Of a DNA stretch of 64,000 nt, positions 17,235 through 30,849 are shown one piece after another (the stretch's first letter is position 1; every line of letters begins with the position of its first letter). Under the pieces are notes generated by a model. The model did no database searches. It had not been told where the DNA came from and saw only the letters and a program-made list of their open reading frames with translations. Source of the stretch: the human T2T-CHM13v2.0 reference genome, Homo sapiens; assembly GCF_009914755.1 (NCBI RefSeq), contig NC_060928.1; one strand, written 5' to 3'. A program made the translations under genes and the position numbers.

Positions 17235-17964
17235 CTACTTATCAGAAAAACAATCTGTATGAAATAACAGAATTAGAGATCCCTGTTAAATAAGGCCTTA
17301 AAGGGTTGAATATTTTTATAGGATATAAACCTATCTTTAACCTATCTTATTTTATAGGTTTAAACCTATTTTATAGGTTTAAAGATAATTTTAGAAGCAA
17401 ATATGTTTGTACAATCATTGTTTTGGGTGTTTTCTAAATCCCTGCTACTCTTATAACCCTATTGCCTCACCTCTTCTAGTCAGATACTGGAGCCACTAAT
17501 ATCCTGATTCCTAAACAAAGAAACAAACTAAACAAAGCAACAATAGCAAAAGACAGAATTAAGTGAGAATCAATTGTTCTTAATCTTTTGGACTTGGTGT
17601 TCTGGACCTATAAGCTTTAGGCTAAGCCTTAGCAGGTGATGGTAGTGGGGACTACTCCCTGGGATGGATCATGGCCATCTCTTAGTTCTTTTGAGTAGTG
17701 GCTTTGGACCGTGGTGAAATGTAAGAGCGATCATACAATTAGATTTAGCATAATCTAACAGTCAAGGGTAAGATTTGTGGCTGCTGCCATCCAGCTTTCA
17801 ATGTGGTCCTCTAATTTTGTGTGAGCTAACATGGCATAGGATAGTATATCCTAAGATGTGTCTAAACAAAGTGACACCGAAGATAATTTGGAGTGGAATG
17901 AGGAAAACCTTTTAATTTTAGGTACATGTATTAATTTTAATGCATATTATGAACAAAATAAGTT

Positions 17965-18003
17965 ATTAATCAATCAAACCAAGAATTAATCAATCAAACC
18001 AAG
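17965..18003. repeat. Tandem duplication, 20-bp period
   Basis: attaatcaatcaaaccaag at 17965 and 17985. Confidence 0.9.
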
Positions 18004-18129
18004 GATAGACATTCATGTTTGTGAAAAGCCCAAGCCAATATGTTTAAACTGAAGTAATATCAAATATGACAAAAAATTGTCAGTGTTATATCTGAATGAT
18101 GGAAAATTGAGAAATGATAGCATTGACCT

Positions 18130-18320
18130 AACACAGACGTCAAATTGAAATTCTGGCTTGTAACTTCCTAGTTATGTATGACTCTGGAAAATCACTTTAA
18201 TCTCTGAGGGGCCACTTTTTATAAAATGGGGTAAATAATGTAAATGAAATCATTCGTTTAAAGACATTAACAGAGTTCCTGTCCCATGGGTAAGTACCCC
18301 AAAATTAGTAGTTGTTATCA
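18130..18320 (+). mobile_element. MIR SINE
   Basis: 'gaaattctggctt...atgactctggaaaatcactttaatctctgag...tataaaatggggtaaataat'. Confidence 0.6.
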
Positions 18321-18636
18321 CTATTTTCTATCACAATGGGCTCCTTACAGCCAAGAATTGTGTTTTGTACCACTACATTCCCAGAATCTAGCCCAGTGTC
18401 TAGCAGTCAGTGAATGTTTTTGAATGAATGAAAGACTGGATGAATATATGAATGAGAATACTCTATTTGAACTTATTAATACGTCAAGTTAATTTGACTT
18501 TTTCTGCGTTTTTATTAATTTAGTGTAGTAAATATTTTAGGTGCCTACTATTTACCAAGGACTGTTTTAGGTTGATGATTGTTGCCTTCAAAGACTTCAC
18601 AATATATCCTGCAAAATATTTCCAACACAGGCAAAG

Positions 18637-19010
18637 TATATTAATCTATTCTTGTACCACAATAAAGAAATACCCCAAGCTGGGTAATTTATAAAGGAAA
18701 GAAGTTTAATTGACTCACAGTTCCACATGGCTGGAGAAGCCTCAGGAAACTTACAGTCATGGTGGAAGGGAAGGCAGGCACATCTTACATGGCAGCAGGC
18801 CAAGAGAGCATGTGAAGGAAGTGAGGCAGGAAGAGCCCCTTATAAAACCATCAGATTTTGTGAGAACTCACTCACTATCATGAGAACAGCATGGGGAAAA
18901 CCACCCCTATGATCTAATCACCTCCCACCAGGTCCCCCTTCAACACATGAGGATTAAGGGGATTACAATTCAAGATGAGATTTGGGTGTGGACACAGCAA
19001 AACCATATCA
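18637..19010 (-). mobile_element. Solo MaLR LTR (THE1D/MSTA-like)
   Basis: ctgggtaatttataaaggaaagaagtttaattgactcacagttcc...caagatgagatttggg...aaaccatatca; 5-bp TSD caaag/caagg. Confidence 0.9.
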
Positions 19011-20181
19011 CAAGGGTTAGAAAAACAGCAAGAAGGTCACATAAATTTGAAAAATTACCAAGTGTTTAATATTTCTGGCATAATTTAAATTTCTGTAGTC
19101 CCTATAAGCTTATTGGTACTGAAGAAGTTACTTAAAATTAATATTCTAATTCTGATGCTTCTTCCTACCTTATGGTACCTTAGACTTCTAGACTCTCTAA
19201 TTGATATGGCCCTTGGCAACCTAGGTATGTCTGAGATTAATCAAGTATTGTCTCAGATGTACTTATAAGAAACTCTGTTTCAAAGGTTCTGCACTTGCTT
19301 TATTGGGCATAGCAGACTCCTCTGATAGGCTGTAGGTGGCTTGTCAACATCTCACTGGATGCTATGCCATTGCTGCTTCAACAAATACCATGTTATCTAT
19401 TGCTGCTTCTTCAAACTCCATAACTCCCGATCAGCTGTCACATTTCTTCCAGCTGCAGAAAGCACAATTACTATTGCACCAGGCAGTACCAGAAACACCC
19501 TGAATCCTCATAGTGTTCCAGGTGGGACACATTCTGTGGCAAAATGGGCAGTAAAGGTGATTTTCTCTCCTCTGATCAAGAAATATTGTTAGCTAATGTT
19601 TTACAGTTTCTTCAAGTTCAAGAGAACAGTTGAAGAGATGGTCAATGTGTTATATTTGAAATAACTTCTCAGCTCCTATAACTAGGGCATTTTTACTAGA
19701 TCAAGTCATTTGTGAGCTCACTGGCCCTCTAAGTCTTCTGCTCAAGAGACCTTGCTAAGTTATCACACATGCCTGAACTTCTGCCCTGGACACAACCTAG
19801 ACTTAATTTGGAATCACTGTTTTCCTGCAACATTATATATGGTAAGAAAAGTGACAAGAGTTGGCTTTGAAGAAGTAGGCAATGGCTGTATCATTCAGCT
19901 TAAGTTTCTATTGTGAATATCGTTGAAGCAGGGAAGTAACTAATCAGAATTTAATATTAGATACCTCCTTTTGGAAGGGTTATGGAAGAGATTGGAAATA
20001 ACTAGAAGCAAAGAGTATAACCATCATATAAGTGAGAAAAATTATAATGTGAAGAGATCTATTTGGTAGGTAAATTGTACTTAAAAAGAACAGAATTTGG
20101 TACTAACCCAATAAAGGAAGTGAAGAAAAATGAGAAGTTAAAGGTGACTGCCATCTTTCTGATCACCATGCTGAAGTCAGT

Positions 20182-20395
20182 GTAGTAAGGTAGTTAAATG
20201 TGTAGTTTCCGAAGGTAGAATACTTGCCTTTACTACTTACTAGATGTGTGACCTTGGGTAAGTTACTTACCCTTGTTCTTTATCAAATAATATTAATAGT
20301 AATTACTTCATAGGACTTTTGTGAACATTGAGTTAATATTTGTAACTACTTAGAACAATGAATGGCACTTAATAAACATTTAGTAAGTTTTAGTT
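20182..20395 (+). mobile_element. MIR SINE
   Basis: 'actacttactagatgtgtgaccttgggtaagttacttacc' MIR core and MIR 3' tail. Confidence 0.7.
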
Positions 20396-20924
20396 ACTGC
20401 TGGTTGTACTTTGTAATTAATCATAATACTTATTGTTTCAGTATTATCAGTGGGATGGTGGTGGTACCGCTAACTAGAATAGGTAAATGAAGAGGAAAAG
20501 AAAGTTGGAAAGCTAAGGTAGTAGTACTTCAATTTTAGATTTACTGAGTCTGAGGGCCACTCGTGTATCTAAGTAGCAGTATACAGCAAGCTATAACTGG
20601 AGCTCTAGTGCGACACTGGCTAGAAGAAAGTGAGAATGCAAGATTGCCTTCTAAAAGGCTGGGGTACTAAGTAGAAACCAGTGCATTCAGGAATACATGA
20701 AGTGAGACTATGGGGATAGGATGTTTAGCCTATTCTATCAAGAAATTGTAGAATGAGATGGCAAATAGGTATGACAATAGCCAGATAAAAGGAGATTACT
20801 TAAAAATAATTTTTAAAAATTTAAATAAAATGGGATAGATTTAATATCTACAGACTGAATTTATACAAAGCCAGAAGAGGGGTAGGAGAGGCATAAACAA
20901 AAATCACAATGAAAACTAATAAAT

Positions 20925-21140
20925 ACTAATGATTTACTAATAGAAAAACATGTTTATTTTGTGCCAGCCACTGTTCTAAGCACTTACATGCATTATCTTT
21001 ATAGATCCTCAGAACCAAGCAAGATTGGTACTAGAAGAGAAAGCATGAGGTGTAAGAGGCTAAGCTGGAGCGGGTGGCCTTGAACCAAGTACTGTCTGGT
21101 ACCCAAGTTCATATTTTTAAGCACTGTGCTATTTTGCCTT
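20925..21140 (-). mobile_element. MIR SINE
   Basis: 'gtgccagccactgttctaagcacttacatgcattatc'. Confidence 0.6.
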
Positions 21141-21490
21141 CCATACTTTGAATAAAAAGGTTAATGGATAAGGATCATAAAAACATTAGTGGGGGTTAGA
21201 ATTGAGAACACAAATGGAAAAATCAAGAGCATAAAATAGTTGAGGATATGGTTTAAGAATCATTGGATTGGGTTAGAAAGGAAGATATTGAGTAAGAGGA
21301 TATAGAAAACAGATTTCTCATAGCTCTTCCCTTGTGGAAATAAAAATGACATTATTGGTATTAAAAATATCTGAATTCAAACATTCAGTTATCAAACACC
21401 AATCATCAAACAAGTTTAATTACTTACTTTTTCAAAAATAGCTAAATGTGTTGGTTTTGTTGAGAAAGTGCTAAGACTCTTTTGGCAAGG

Positions 21491-21547
21491 AGTGATATTT
21501 AAAAGTAATAATCCTTTGAAAGTGATATTTAAAAGTAATAATCCTTT
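21491..21547. repeat. Tandem duplication, 27-bp perfect unit, 30-bp period
   Basis: agtgatatttaaaagtaataatccttt at 21491 and 21521. Confidence 0.92.
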
Positions 21548-21560
21548 TTTTCTTATTCAG

Positions 21561-21573
21561 AGCCTACTCAGAT
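21561..21573 (+). other. Candidate 13-nt microexon
   Basis: cctttttttcttattcag|AGCCTACTCAGAT|gtaagt. Confidence 0.3.
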
Positions 21574-24500
21574 GTAAGTCCATTTATCTACACTGGTTTT
21601 AGGCACGAAATCCAGTGAGATTTACTGGTGTCTCTATTATTTTTCCCACAAAAGTTTGAGTGTGGTTAATGGTGTAATTGTTAGCAGAAACTTTCTTCTT
21701 ACAGCAGTGTTGGTGGGCTTTAAAATCTCTTGCACTTATCTTTTTTCCTTCTTGCTTTTAGCACTGCAGTATTTTCTTGATGGAAAAAAATCCCTATTGA
21801 TTCATACCAGGCTTATAAAACGGAATGTGTGCTTCTACTTTTTACAGGCAAATGAAATAGAATGATTATAAACAATGAACTTGCCAATGTGATACTGCTA
21901 ATCAGTTTGTTTAAATAAAACCCAAATCATGTGCCAGATACCTGCCATCTTGTGAAGGAACAGTTTATGTTCTTTGTATGTGGCCAGGTTTTATTCCCCA
22001 GAGATTTGTTGCTATGAGGCTGGAATTCAGCTTGTATGTGGTTGGAATGATATTAAGTCATAGACACTCTGCCAGAACATATCTTTCCAAACAGGTGGGA
22101 AAATGAGGTGAGGTGGAAAGAACTCTGCAGTGATGCAGAAGAAATGCATAAATATATTTATTTTTTATAATATCCTTTCAAAAATCTCAGCTTTTTAACA
22201 ACTACTCAACTAGATACCAAGGTTAAGAAGTTCTCATTACCTACTTTAACACAATAGAGAGGACATAGTTCAATATTTGTAAATATTAATTTTTATGAAT
22301 TTTGACATGCGTTTCATGAATCTATACACAGTTTATTCATTTTGTTTTGCCTCTGTTAAAAAGACATTTATCCTTTAAAGAAACCTATGGCACAGAAAAT
22401 TTCTCTTAGAAATGCAAATAAATAAATTATCTCTCTGCTTTTACACACGACACTGAGCTGTTTTTTAAGTGGAATAGAGATAAATACCTTACCAAATGTC
22501 TGAAATGTTGACATCAGTGCAGATTAATCTGCATGTCTGTGGTGAATATTAGATCATTCTAGAACACTGGGCTCAGATAAGACCATACAACTATTTATAT
22601 TTGTCCCTTTTAAAATTATTACTATTTGGGTAAATTCCGAAATTTTATTGAATACTTTTTCCTGGCCTTCTAGCCTCACAATGTCTGCTAAGTAAAAGAA
22701 TGTGTCTCTGCAAATATTTCACATTTTGTATTTTCAAAAGTAAGCATATGGGTTCTCAATAAAGTTAGCTTATATTAAGCATTTCATTCTAGTTAATTGC
22801 TAGCAAGGTTTAAACCTTGTATTATGTAACAAATGTCAGAAAAACTCAAAACAATTCCAATCAAATCTGCGTTCTGATTTGTGGCGTATCTCTGTAGTAC
22901 TTGGAAAAGATGACATAGTGAAAGAAAAAATGCTTAACTTTCTGGAAAGATATCATGGAAATAAACTGTGCTAATGCCATCCTTCATAGAGATCAACCTC
23001 CAGCTCTTCATATATGCAGCTGTCTCTTTCTTACTTGAGTCTATTTCAACTTCCATGACCCTGTCTTGACTTTGTGAGACTGGAGGGGAATCTCGACTTG
23101 CTCCTTAACATATACATAGCATATGTCTATTTAATAAAGAAGTTAGTGACATCTTGCTTGCTAAATTTTAACCACAGGTAACATCTATAGTTCTCTTGTT
23201 CACTAAACTGAAATCTCTATTCATTTGAACCTGGATCTGCTGACCCAACTAGTCTCTGTAACTAAGAATCTGTTATCTCAGCTGAAATGTTGGTGTCTGA
23301 AAGACTGACGAAAAGAATAATCTACCTTGCCTTATCTATCTTGTTAAAGACAATGATGTGCTAATATGGTCCCTAGATTATCGAAATGACACTGATAATA
23401 AGCATGTCTTTAGTTCTTTTGTGCAGAATACTAGCATCTTTCTTGTGACCAAGACTGAAAATATTAAGAAATAGGGCTGCTTTAAAGGCAGAAGTGTACA
23501 GTAACAAGAGACAAGATAGAGCCAAAGACTAGGAGTTGGGACTCAGAAGAGTAGCTGTGGTCTCTTTCTTACCCATTTTCCTGAATTTAAATTGTTTCTG
23601 CTTATATTTTGGTGGTTTTAAAGATTGTGAGGTATTTTTTTTTTGCTTAAAAATAACTGCAATGAAAGCACTGAATATGCTGTGTAGTTCTTGATATTCA
23701 GAGCCCTCTATACAATATACTATTCTACTTTTCCAGCCCTTTCTCCCATTCTTCCCCTGAAAGTACACAATTTTACCATCCAACATAAATATTTTCCTCC
23801 AAGCATGTTATCCTTTTACACCATCCTGCCTTTGCTCTTCTATTTCTATGTCTTAGCTCATCTTCAGCTGACAATTTCCAGTCTACTTCTTATTCAGATT
23901 AAGAATAATTAAGAAACCAGCGTCTGGGGAAGGGAAGGAAGTAGAAAGTGTAGATTTTCCTTTTAAATGTTTGTGAAAAGGAGGAGGAAGATGAGATGAC
24001 ATTGAGAAGCCTTAGGGATGATTTTCTTTGTTTTATTTTTAGCCTTTATGGATACGTAGAATTTTGCTTTAGACTAAGAAAAAGAAATTAATAGTAGAGA
24101 AGAGAAGATTGTATCATCTGGGAAAAGAGGAGTTTTGATAGAAAAAACCTGGAGGAGGCAGCAATACATGGAATCAAGAGTAAGAGTGGGTGTGTATTTA
24201 GAATCCAGGTGGCATATGACAAGGCTGGAAAGATATGATGGAAAGTTATTCATATACTATTGGAAGTATGAGGAATAAATATATAAATGAAGATAAAGAT
24301 GGGGAAAAGTCGAAGAATTTGAGCAAACTCATGTATGATGGCCTGCATCATTTTAATAATATCAACTACTGAGAATGAGAAATGCAGGGTTGGAGGTGGT
24401 CACTTAAGAAGAGTAGAAAAGGCCTGGAAGAGCTATCACAGGAAATAAGATAGGTTGTCAGCTGAATTTAAGGAATGCAGAGTTAAATTGAAGACCTACT

Positions 24501-25169
24501 TAAGATTAGATACATATAGAGATGATGCAAGTTGCATTTAAGAAATCTCATATTTTGTTCATGCCTATGGATACTATGTGATACATTTTACAGTTACTTT
24601 ATGGTTAAGTTTATAATAGATATAGCAGATAATGGGCATAATTATATGTCAGTGTTATCATTGGCAAAAGATCAAACATTCCTGAAATTTGCAGAAGCAA
24701 CATTCCTTTCTTGACATTTAATTATAATAAAATGAATAAATATTGGTTACCAAAACAATCTAATATAATACCAGCTCTGACTGTTCTAGATAGAACTATG
24801 TCTGCAAATGTAGCAAGCACTTTTGGAGGTTTCAGACAATTCTAATGTTTTCTGTTTCATAAATGTTGATATATATGATTTTTGTATTATGTAAATTGTC
24901 AATTTAGAACTGGGCCTCCAGTGTTAAATGGTAATTTTTACCATTTCAGATATGATAATAGAAATTGGGTAAGGCTCAGCCACATTTTCTATGGAAAGGA
25001 TAGCATAGAGCTATTACCCTTAGGCCTTTACTATAGGATAAAGTAGAAACTGCTGATAACAATAAAGTCAGGAGTAGTGCAGGCATTGGAGGGATAAAAG
25101 TGCTAGCAGTTTTGTCTTGGAAAGAAGAGAGAAAAACACGACCTTCTCTTTGCCTGTATCTCCAATTAC

Positions 25170-25610
25170 ATTAAATAATGTAATAGTAACTGCTGAAATA
25201 AATTCACCCCCAACATTTCTAATTGCTTAAACAACTAGAAACTTATTGCTCACAAAATGCCCCTGAGCAATTCCAGATTATTGAAAAGTAAGTGATACTC
25301 TGTTTCACTCAGTCATTCAGGGGCCCAGGTTAATGGAATCTCTGCCAACTTTAGCACATGGCTGCCAAGGTGGTACAGTTGTTTCCTTCCAATGAAAGAA
25401 TGAGAAAGATCATGGATGTTGGTGGATGGATATGATTAAATAAACGTATAAGCTAGCCTAAAAATGTTGCATCCTGCTTAAACTAGCATTCCATTATCCA
25501 GAACCCTGTCACGTGGCCAAATCTGATTGTAAGAGAAACTTTAATCTTGTCGTGTGTCCAAGAAAAGAGGAAAAGGAGTTTGGAACAATTCTGTTTCATT
25601 ATCAGTGCCA
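25170..25610 (-). mobile_element. Old MaLR LTR (MLT1J/K/L-like)
   Basis: 'gcttaaacaactagaaacttattgctcac', 'cagtcattcaggggcccagg', 'cattccattatccagaac..gtcacgtggcc'. Confidence 0.55.
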
Positions 25611-26849
25611 GACTAACTGCTGAGTAAGAGGTGTGGGAACAGAACTGGTCTATTGATCTAACAGGGAAAGGCATCTTCTATCTAACCCCAATCTCCACCT
25701 AATGGTTGGGAACACTGGACTGCTTTCCTTCTATTTAGTTGTTGCCTGAATGCAATTTTTAAATTAAAAAATCAGCAATTAACCTAATTATCTAACAATT
25801 GGAGACTGATGAATATAATTAGAATTTACCTACTCAACGGTATTACTGTAAATGACCTTTATGATGATAAAGTGGTGACATGGAACATTGTTGTGATTAA
25901 CACAAGACACAAAGTTTTATCTCCACTATGATTGTTAACAGTAAAAAATAATGAGTGTGTTTTAACTAGGGAGCATACGAATATTTAATTTAGTGAAATC
26001 TTCAATTTTTTTGAATTGTAAAAAATTTCTTCTACTGCTGCAATATTGATTATGCAATAAATCTTGCTTTTTAAATGCATACAACCTTCTCAGATGTGTT
26101 GAAGTGCATATGTTAAGGTACGGTAATATATCATTAACTAGCTGCTATGGAATGTTCTATATTCAGATTATACTTCCTTTATAACGACAATTTGACTTCA
26201 AATGTAGGCTCTTATAAGCAAGTATACCTACTTGCTTATATTTTCTTATATTTGCTAAATATTTTCTGATATTTGAGAGGTGGGTTTATGCAAACATACC
26301 CTAAACATCGAAAGTTTTAATTAAAACAAATGAGGATGTTCCAGAACCCCCCTGTATTGTCTAAGTATTAAATGAAAAAAAAATCCCACTTATATTAAAT
26401 CTTGGCCTATCCAGCTAGAATAAACTTCAAAGTTTCAAAGAAACCAAAGGAATGGTTTTTTGGGGGGTAAAATATGAATTTAAATCAGATTTAAAATTAT
26501 TATCCTCTTTTCTCCTAATACTTTCCCAACATAAACACATGCAAACTCCTGATAATCATAGTCATTGATACATGAAATTATAGCCAGAGTAATTATAAAG
26601 AGAAAATTATTAAAATTTTGTAGATACATTAAACTGCTTCCTACTGAGAGACAAAAAGTTATATGTGTGTGTGAATATCTATGTATATATTTGTGTATGT
26701 GTGATGCATGTTTTAGCATACATTTAAAACTGAGTTTTCTAGTTTCCCTTTGTCCTGGCACCAATTTGTTAGAGTGATATTTATTGAGTGGGCTTATGGT
26801 CATCAGTTTTGACATTTCTGTATCTGATTAGATATACATATGGGCTCTT

Positions 26850-27020
26850 AAGAAAGCTGCTCCTGAGCTTTAGTATACATAAGAATTAACTGGGTCATTT
26901 ATTAAAAGTTTAGGTTCCTAATGAAATAAAATTGGAAGTAGGCGTGAATATACATTTATAAGTACCGCCCCTCTCCCCACAAAGTGGTTGATTCATGAAT
27001 CACACAATAGGGAACACTGC
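26850..27020. mobile_element. MER5-like hAT DNA transposon remnant
   Basis: 'ctttagtatacataagaattaactgggtcatttattaaaa...gggaacactg'. Confidence 0.45.
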
Positions 27021-27222
27021 CTCAAGTTGCCAATAAAGGCTTTGTAGGACTGTTGGATTCTTGTATCCTCTTATGTCAAGACTTAAGCAAAGTGCTTTTT
27101 CTGAAAATAAGATTTTGTACCTTTCCAGATTTATGTTTAATCTTCTATAGTAACACATGGGGACCCTGACCAGTAACCCAGACCTGTTTTGCCTTTAAGT
27201 GCAAAACATCTAAATTTTAGAA

Positions 27223-27650
27223 CAGGGGCTGGAATATTATGACAGCCTGTGGGCCAAATCTCTTTCTTCTGCTACCTATTTTTGTCAGGCCCATGAGATG
27301 AGACTGGTTTTTAAGTGTTGAAATGGTTAAGAAATAATCAAAAGAAGAAGAATATTTTATGACACATGAAAATTATATTCAAATTTCAGTGTCCATAAAT
27401 AAAGTTGTATTAAAATGCAGCCATGCTCATCTGTTTATGTATCATCTATGGCTGTTTATGCACTAGAATGACAATGTTAAGAAACCACCACTGAGACCAT
27501 ATCTGGTGCTCTCATTACTGCTCAATACTACTAAGTACACTATCCATCAAGTGACACAATTATAATTCCACAGTGTTTAAAGTGCCACACATAGTCATAA
27601 CACACCATAAGCAAAACATATTTATTATGCAGAGACATTATAGTTATTGT
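27223..27650 (+). mobile_element. hAT-Charlie DNA transposon end (MER58B/Cheshire-like)
   Basis: cagggg start; 'aatcaaaagaagaagaatattttatgacacatgaaaatt..caaatttcagtgtccataaataaagtt..cagccatgctcat' matches MER58B; no second TIR after gagaccatat, consistent with Cheshire. Confidence 0.75.
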
Positions 27651-28339
27651 TTATCTTTAGGAAATGCACAAACTCTTTATTACTGTAGCCCAATACCTCA
27701 CCTTGCCAAGTATTTTGTTATTTCATAATGCTTCTTACTTCTCATCTGGTCTCAGGTATATAAAATCAATTCTAGCGTACCAAATGTTTCATTCAACTTC
27801 AATGAGTGATTTATACATATGGCTACATTATAATTATCTGTGTAGCAAACACAAAATTGGGGTAAATGAGTATTCCATTGTAGTTCAAGAAAATAGGCTT
27901 GCATATGTACTCATTTGTCCAATCAGCTCTAGCTGTGATGAATCAGTAATTCTTTGGAGGAAGGAAAATTCAGGAATCTGATGACGGAGTTTCTGAAGGT
28001 GCAAGCAACACAAATCAGGAACTTTCCATTCTCAACCATGAGGAACAATTAGTGCAAGCTTGATAGTTCTAAATCAGAAAATCAGGAGCCAGTATCAATA
28101 GAAATCAGGAATCTAGTAACTTCACTAGAATATCCAGGCTGCATCGGTTCAACAGCAAGTGCAACTCTTGGCATGTTTTCAAGTTAAGTTCCTTCATTTG
28201 TTTTGATTTTCATAGTTTGACCAGTAGATGGATACATAATGTTTCCCTGATAGATTTCAACCAATTCTTCCTTTTGGGATGGCTAGTAAAGGACTGATCA
28301 ATCTATGCTTTACATTCTTACATCTTTGTTTCTTTGCAG

Positions 28340-28440
28340 ACCACCTAGATAAGAGTTTAATCCTAGTAAGAAACAGAGGCATTCTTTGTCCTTTTGCTCT
28401 TTATGTAAATATATTCCAGATTCATTCTGCTTTACTGAAT
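28340..28440 (+). other. Candidate 101-nt exon (probably non-coding)
   Basis: catctttgtttctttgcag|ACCACC...CTGAAT|gtaagt. Confidence 0.35.
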
Positions 28441-29959
28441 GTAAGTAAAACTGAGTCCAACATTCCATGTGATGCCTGGCATTTTCTTTCTTTGCTTCAG
28501 TGTATGATTTCCAGTTGAATTATACTCTTCGTATACAAATTCAATTGGAAAAGGCTCTTGGTTGGCATTTTTCTTAGAAGGTATGCTAAGATTATATTTT
28601 AAGCTAGTGTTAAAATATTTATGAAAAAGTGCCTTTCGTGTTAATATTTTTAACATACTGAAAGTGAGTACATATGTATCTCTTCAAACAGCTTTCAATG
28701 GAAAGAGTCACTTGGACAATTTTCAGAGTTGTTATACTATGAGCTCTCTCTGCTTATGACCACTCACACACAAAAACAATGCAAATAATAATGTAGTTAA
28801 GAGCAAATAAAATTTAAAACTGATGCATTATAAAAAAATGCTCTCAAATGCAAACTTTTAGTTACCAATAAGCAAAAGTACAACGTGAAATATTAAAATT
28901 GATAACTATAAGCATTGTTTACAAATGTAAAGAAGAACATATTTAAAGATTAATATAGGGAACCAGATTATGTTTAGTTTGTCATCTAATCTGTAGAATA
29001 TCATCTTAAAAACAGCAAAAGTCACACAAAATAAATATCAGCTGAGTTTTTACTATTACAAATACTGTGGCTGTTAACATTTTAACTTTTCTCAATAGTT
29101 GGAAAAAGCATGCTAAATCAAAATGAGCCCAATAAATGTTAAAACTAAGACAAATATATTTCTATAGTGAAAACCCTTTTATGATAAGGTTTTAGTCAGT
29201 AACTAGAGAAACTCATTTTTCTTTTCAGAGTTTAGCTTTTTTATTCACCCACATGTTTTACCTTTGTAAAGGATGTGGCTTCTTTGAAAGACATTTTGGC
29301 TTACATCCTTGCTGTTGTATGAATAAATGAAAGCAAATCATGCTGTTGAAAAGTATAAAGACAAAAAAAATTGCCAAGGTTGCAAACAAGTATAAGCCTG
29401 TAATACATGTAAATAATCTGGATTAAATATCAGGGTTGTCAGAAACACAGTTACAAAGTGCTGCTCCCTGCTTGATATAAGTCATTACTACTATGTTTAA
29501 GAACTTTATTGAGCACGTTTCTTCCTAAGTTTGAGCTGCTGTATCAACCTGAAGGAGCCAATGCTTCACCTACCCCCTTAGGAGTTCAGATGCTGGACAA
29601 TCTGATTCAGCAAAGGCTCACACTGTTCTGTCATTCATAAAGTAGATAAAATGTAACACGAACACCGATCAGGTCCTTGAGGTCACTAGGCACAGTGTGG
29701 AACAGACTGGTTGAACCAGAAGTTTGTTTTGTTAAGTCAACACCTTGCATAGGAATTTTGATTTCGCTGATGTTGCCTGCAATGTGCAAAAACCTGGGGA
29801 CGTTACTTCAACATTGTGGGAGCACAAAGCATATCTGAGGAAAGAAGTGAGGTGGTAAGGGCATTTCAGCCAATGAATAATGGGAGCTCTCATTTTCTTT
29901 AAAATTATTTTAACATAATACTTTTTAAAAAGTAATATGAATTTCAAGAGACAGAAGAA

Positions 29960-30085
29960 TGTAATAGCTAAGAGCATTGCCTCTAGAGTAAGTTCTAAGT
30001 CTTAAAGCTGTGTGATCTAGGGCAAGCTGCTTAATATCTGTATGCCTCAATTTATTCATCCATAAAGTGGGAATAATACTATCAA
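29960..30085 (+). mobile_element. MIR SINE
   Basis: 'agctgtgtgatctagggcaagctgcttaatatctgtatgcctcaatttattcatccataaagtggg'. Confidence 0.7.
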
Positions 30086-30849
30086 ATGTAGCTGAAAGAA
30101 AATATGTAGAATTAGAAATTGAGGTTCAAAGGGGGAAGAAGTTCTGTAACCAGTTGTCTCCAGGCTTGAAAAATCAGAAATGTGAACTAGGAGAGGATTT
30201 CTTCTGAGCCTTAGTATTTAAAGACCCAGAGTGAAAGCAGGTGAACTCATTTGTTTTCTCATTGGCCAGGATGGCAGAGGATAATAGGATCAACTTGGTC
30301 CAAGGAAAGCAACATGCATAAACCAGAAAAGGAAATTAGATTTCTTCCCTAAGAATTCCAGAAAGGATGCCAGAAAAAGACAAGTTTGTGATTGAAAGAA
30401 GAAAGCTCAAATAAACACACTAAGAGGGAGATTTGGTTTCAACTCTGCCACTAAATGTTTGGGTGATTAGGACAAGTAACAAGTCTCTCATAACGTGGGC
30501 TTTCTTTTTCTTTTTCTTTTTTTTTTTTTTTTTAAAAAAAAAAGGTAAGTTGGAATATCAAGCATTACAGATTGATGGCCTGGGACAAATTCACATACGA
30601 GAAATAAGACTTTTTTTTTTTTTCTGTCCATGGTGTTTAAAAGATTTTGAATTCAAAATCCTTTAGAGGAAGCGTACATTCCCTGATTCTACCAGCGTTC
30701 CAACTACATCATCCCTCATCCCCTTTACCCACTCACTTACTTCAGCCCTGACAGCATTTGAGCTTGAAACTTCTCTACCTCTCATTCTACTTTTTTTTAC
30801 TCACTCTAAAATTCCATCAGACCGTACACATAATGATACAATGAACACT

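Noticed and set aside
27960-28190. Coding-looking purine-rich stretch with three aaatcagga motifs (processed pseudogene or transposase remnant)
   Set aside because: Stops interrupt the frames, no recognisable protein, no poly(A) or TSD
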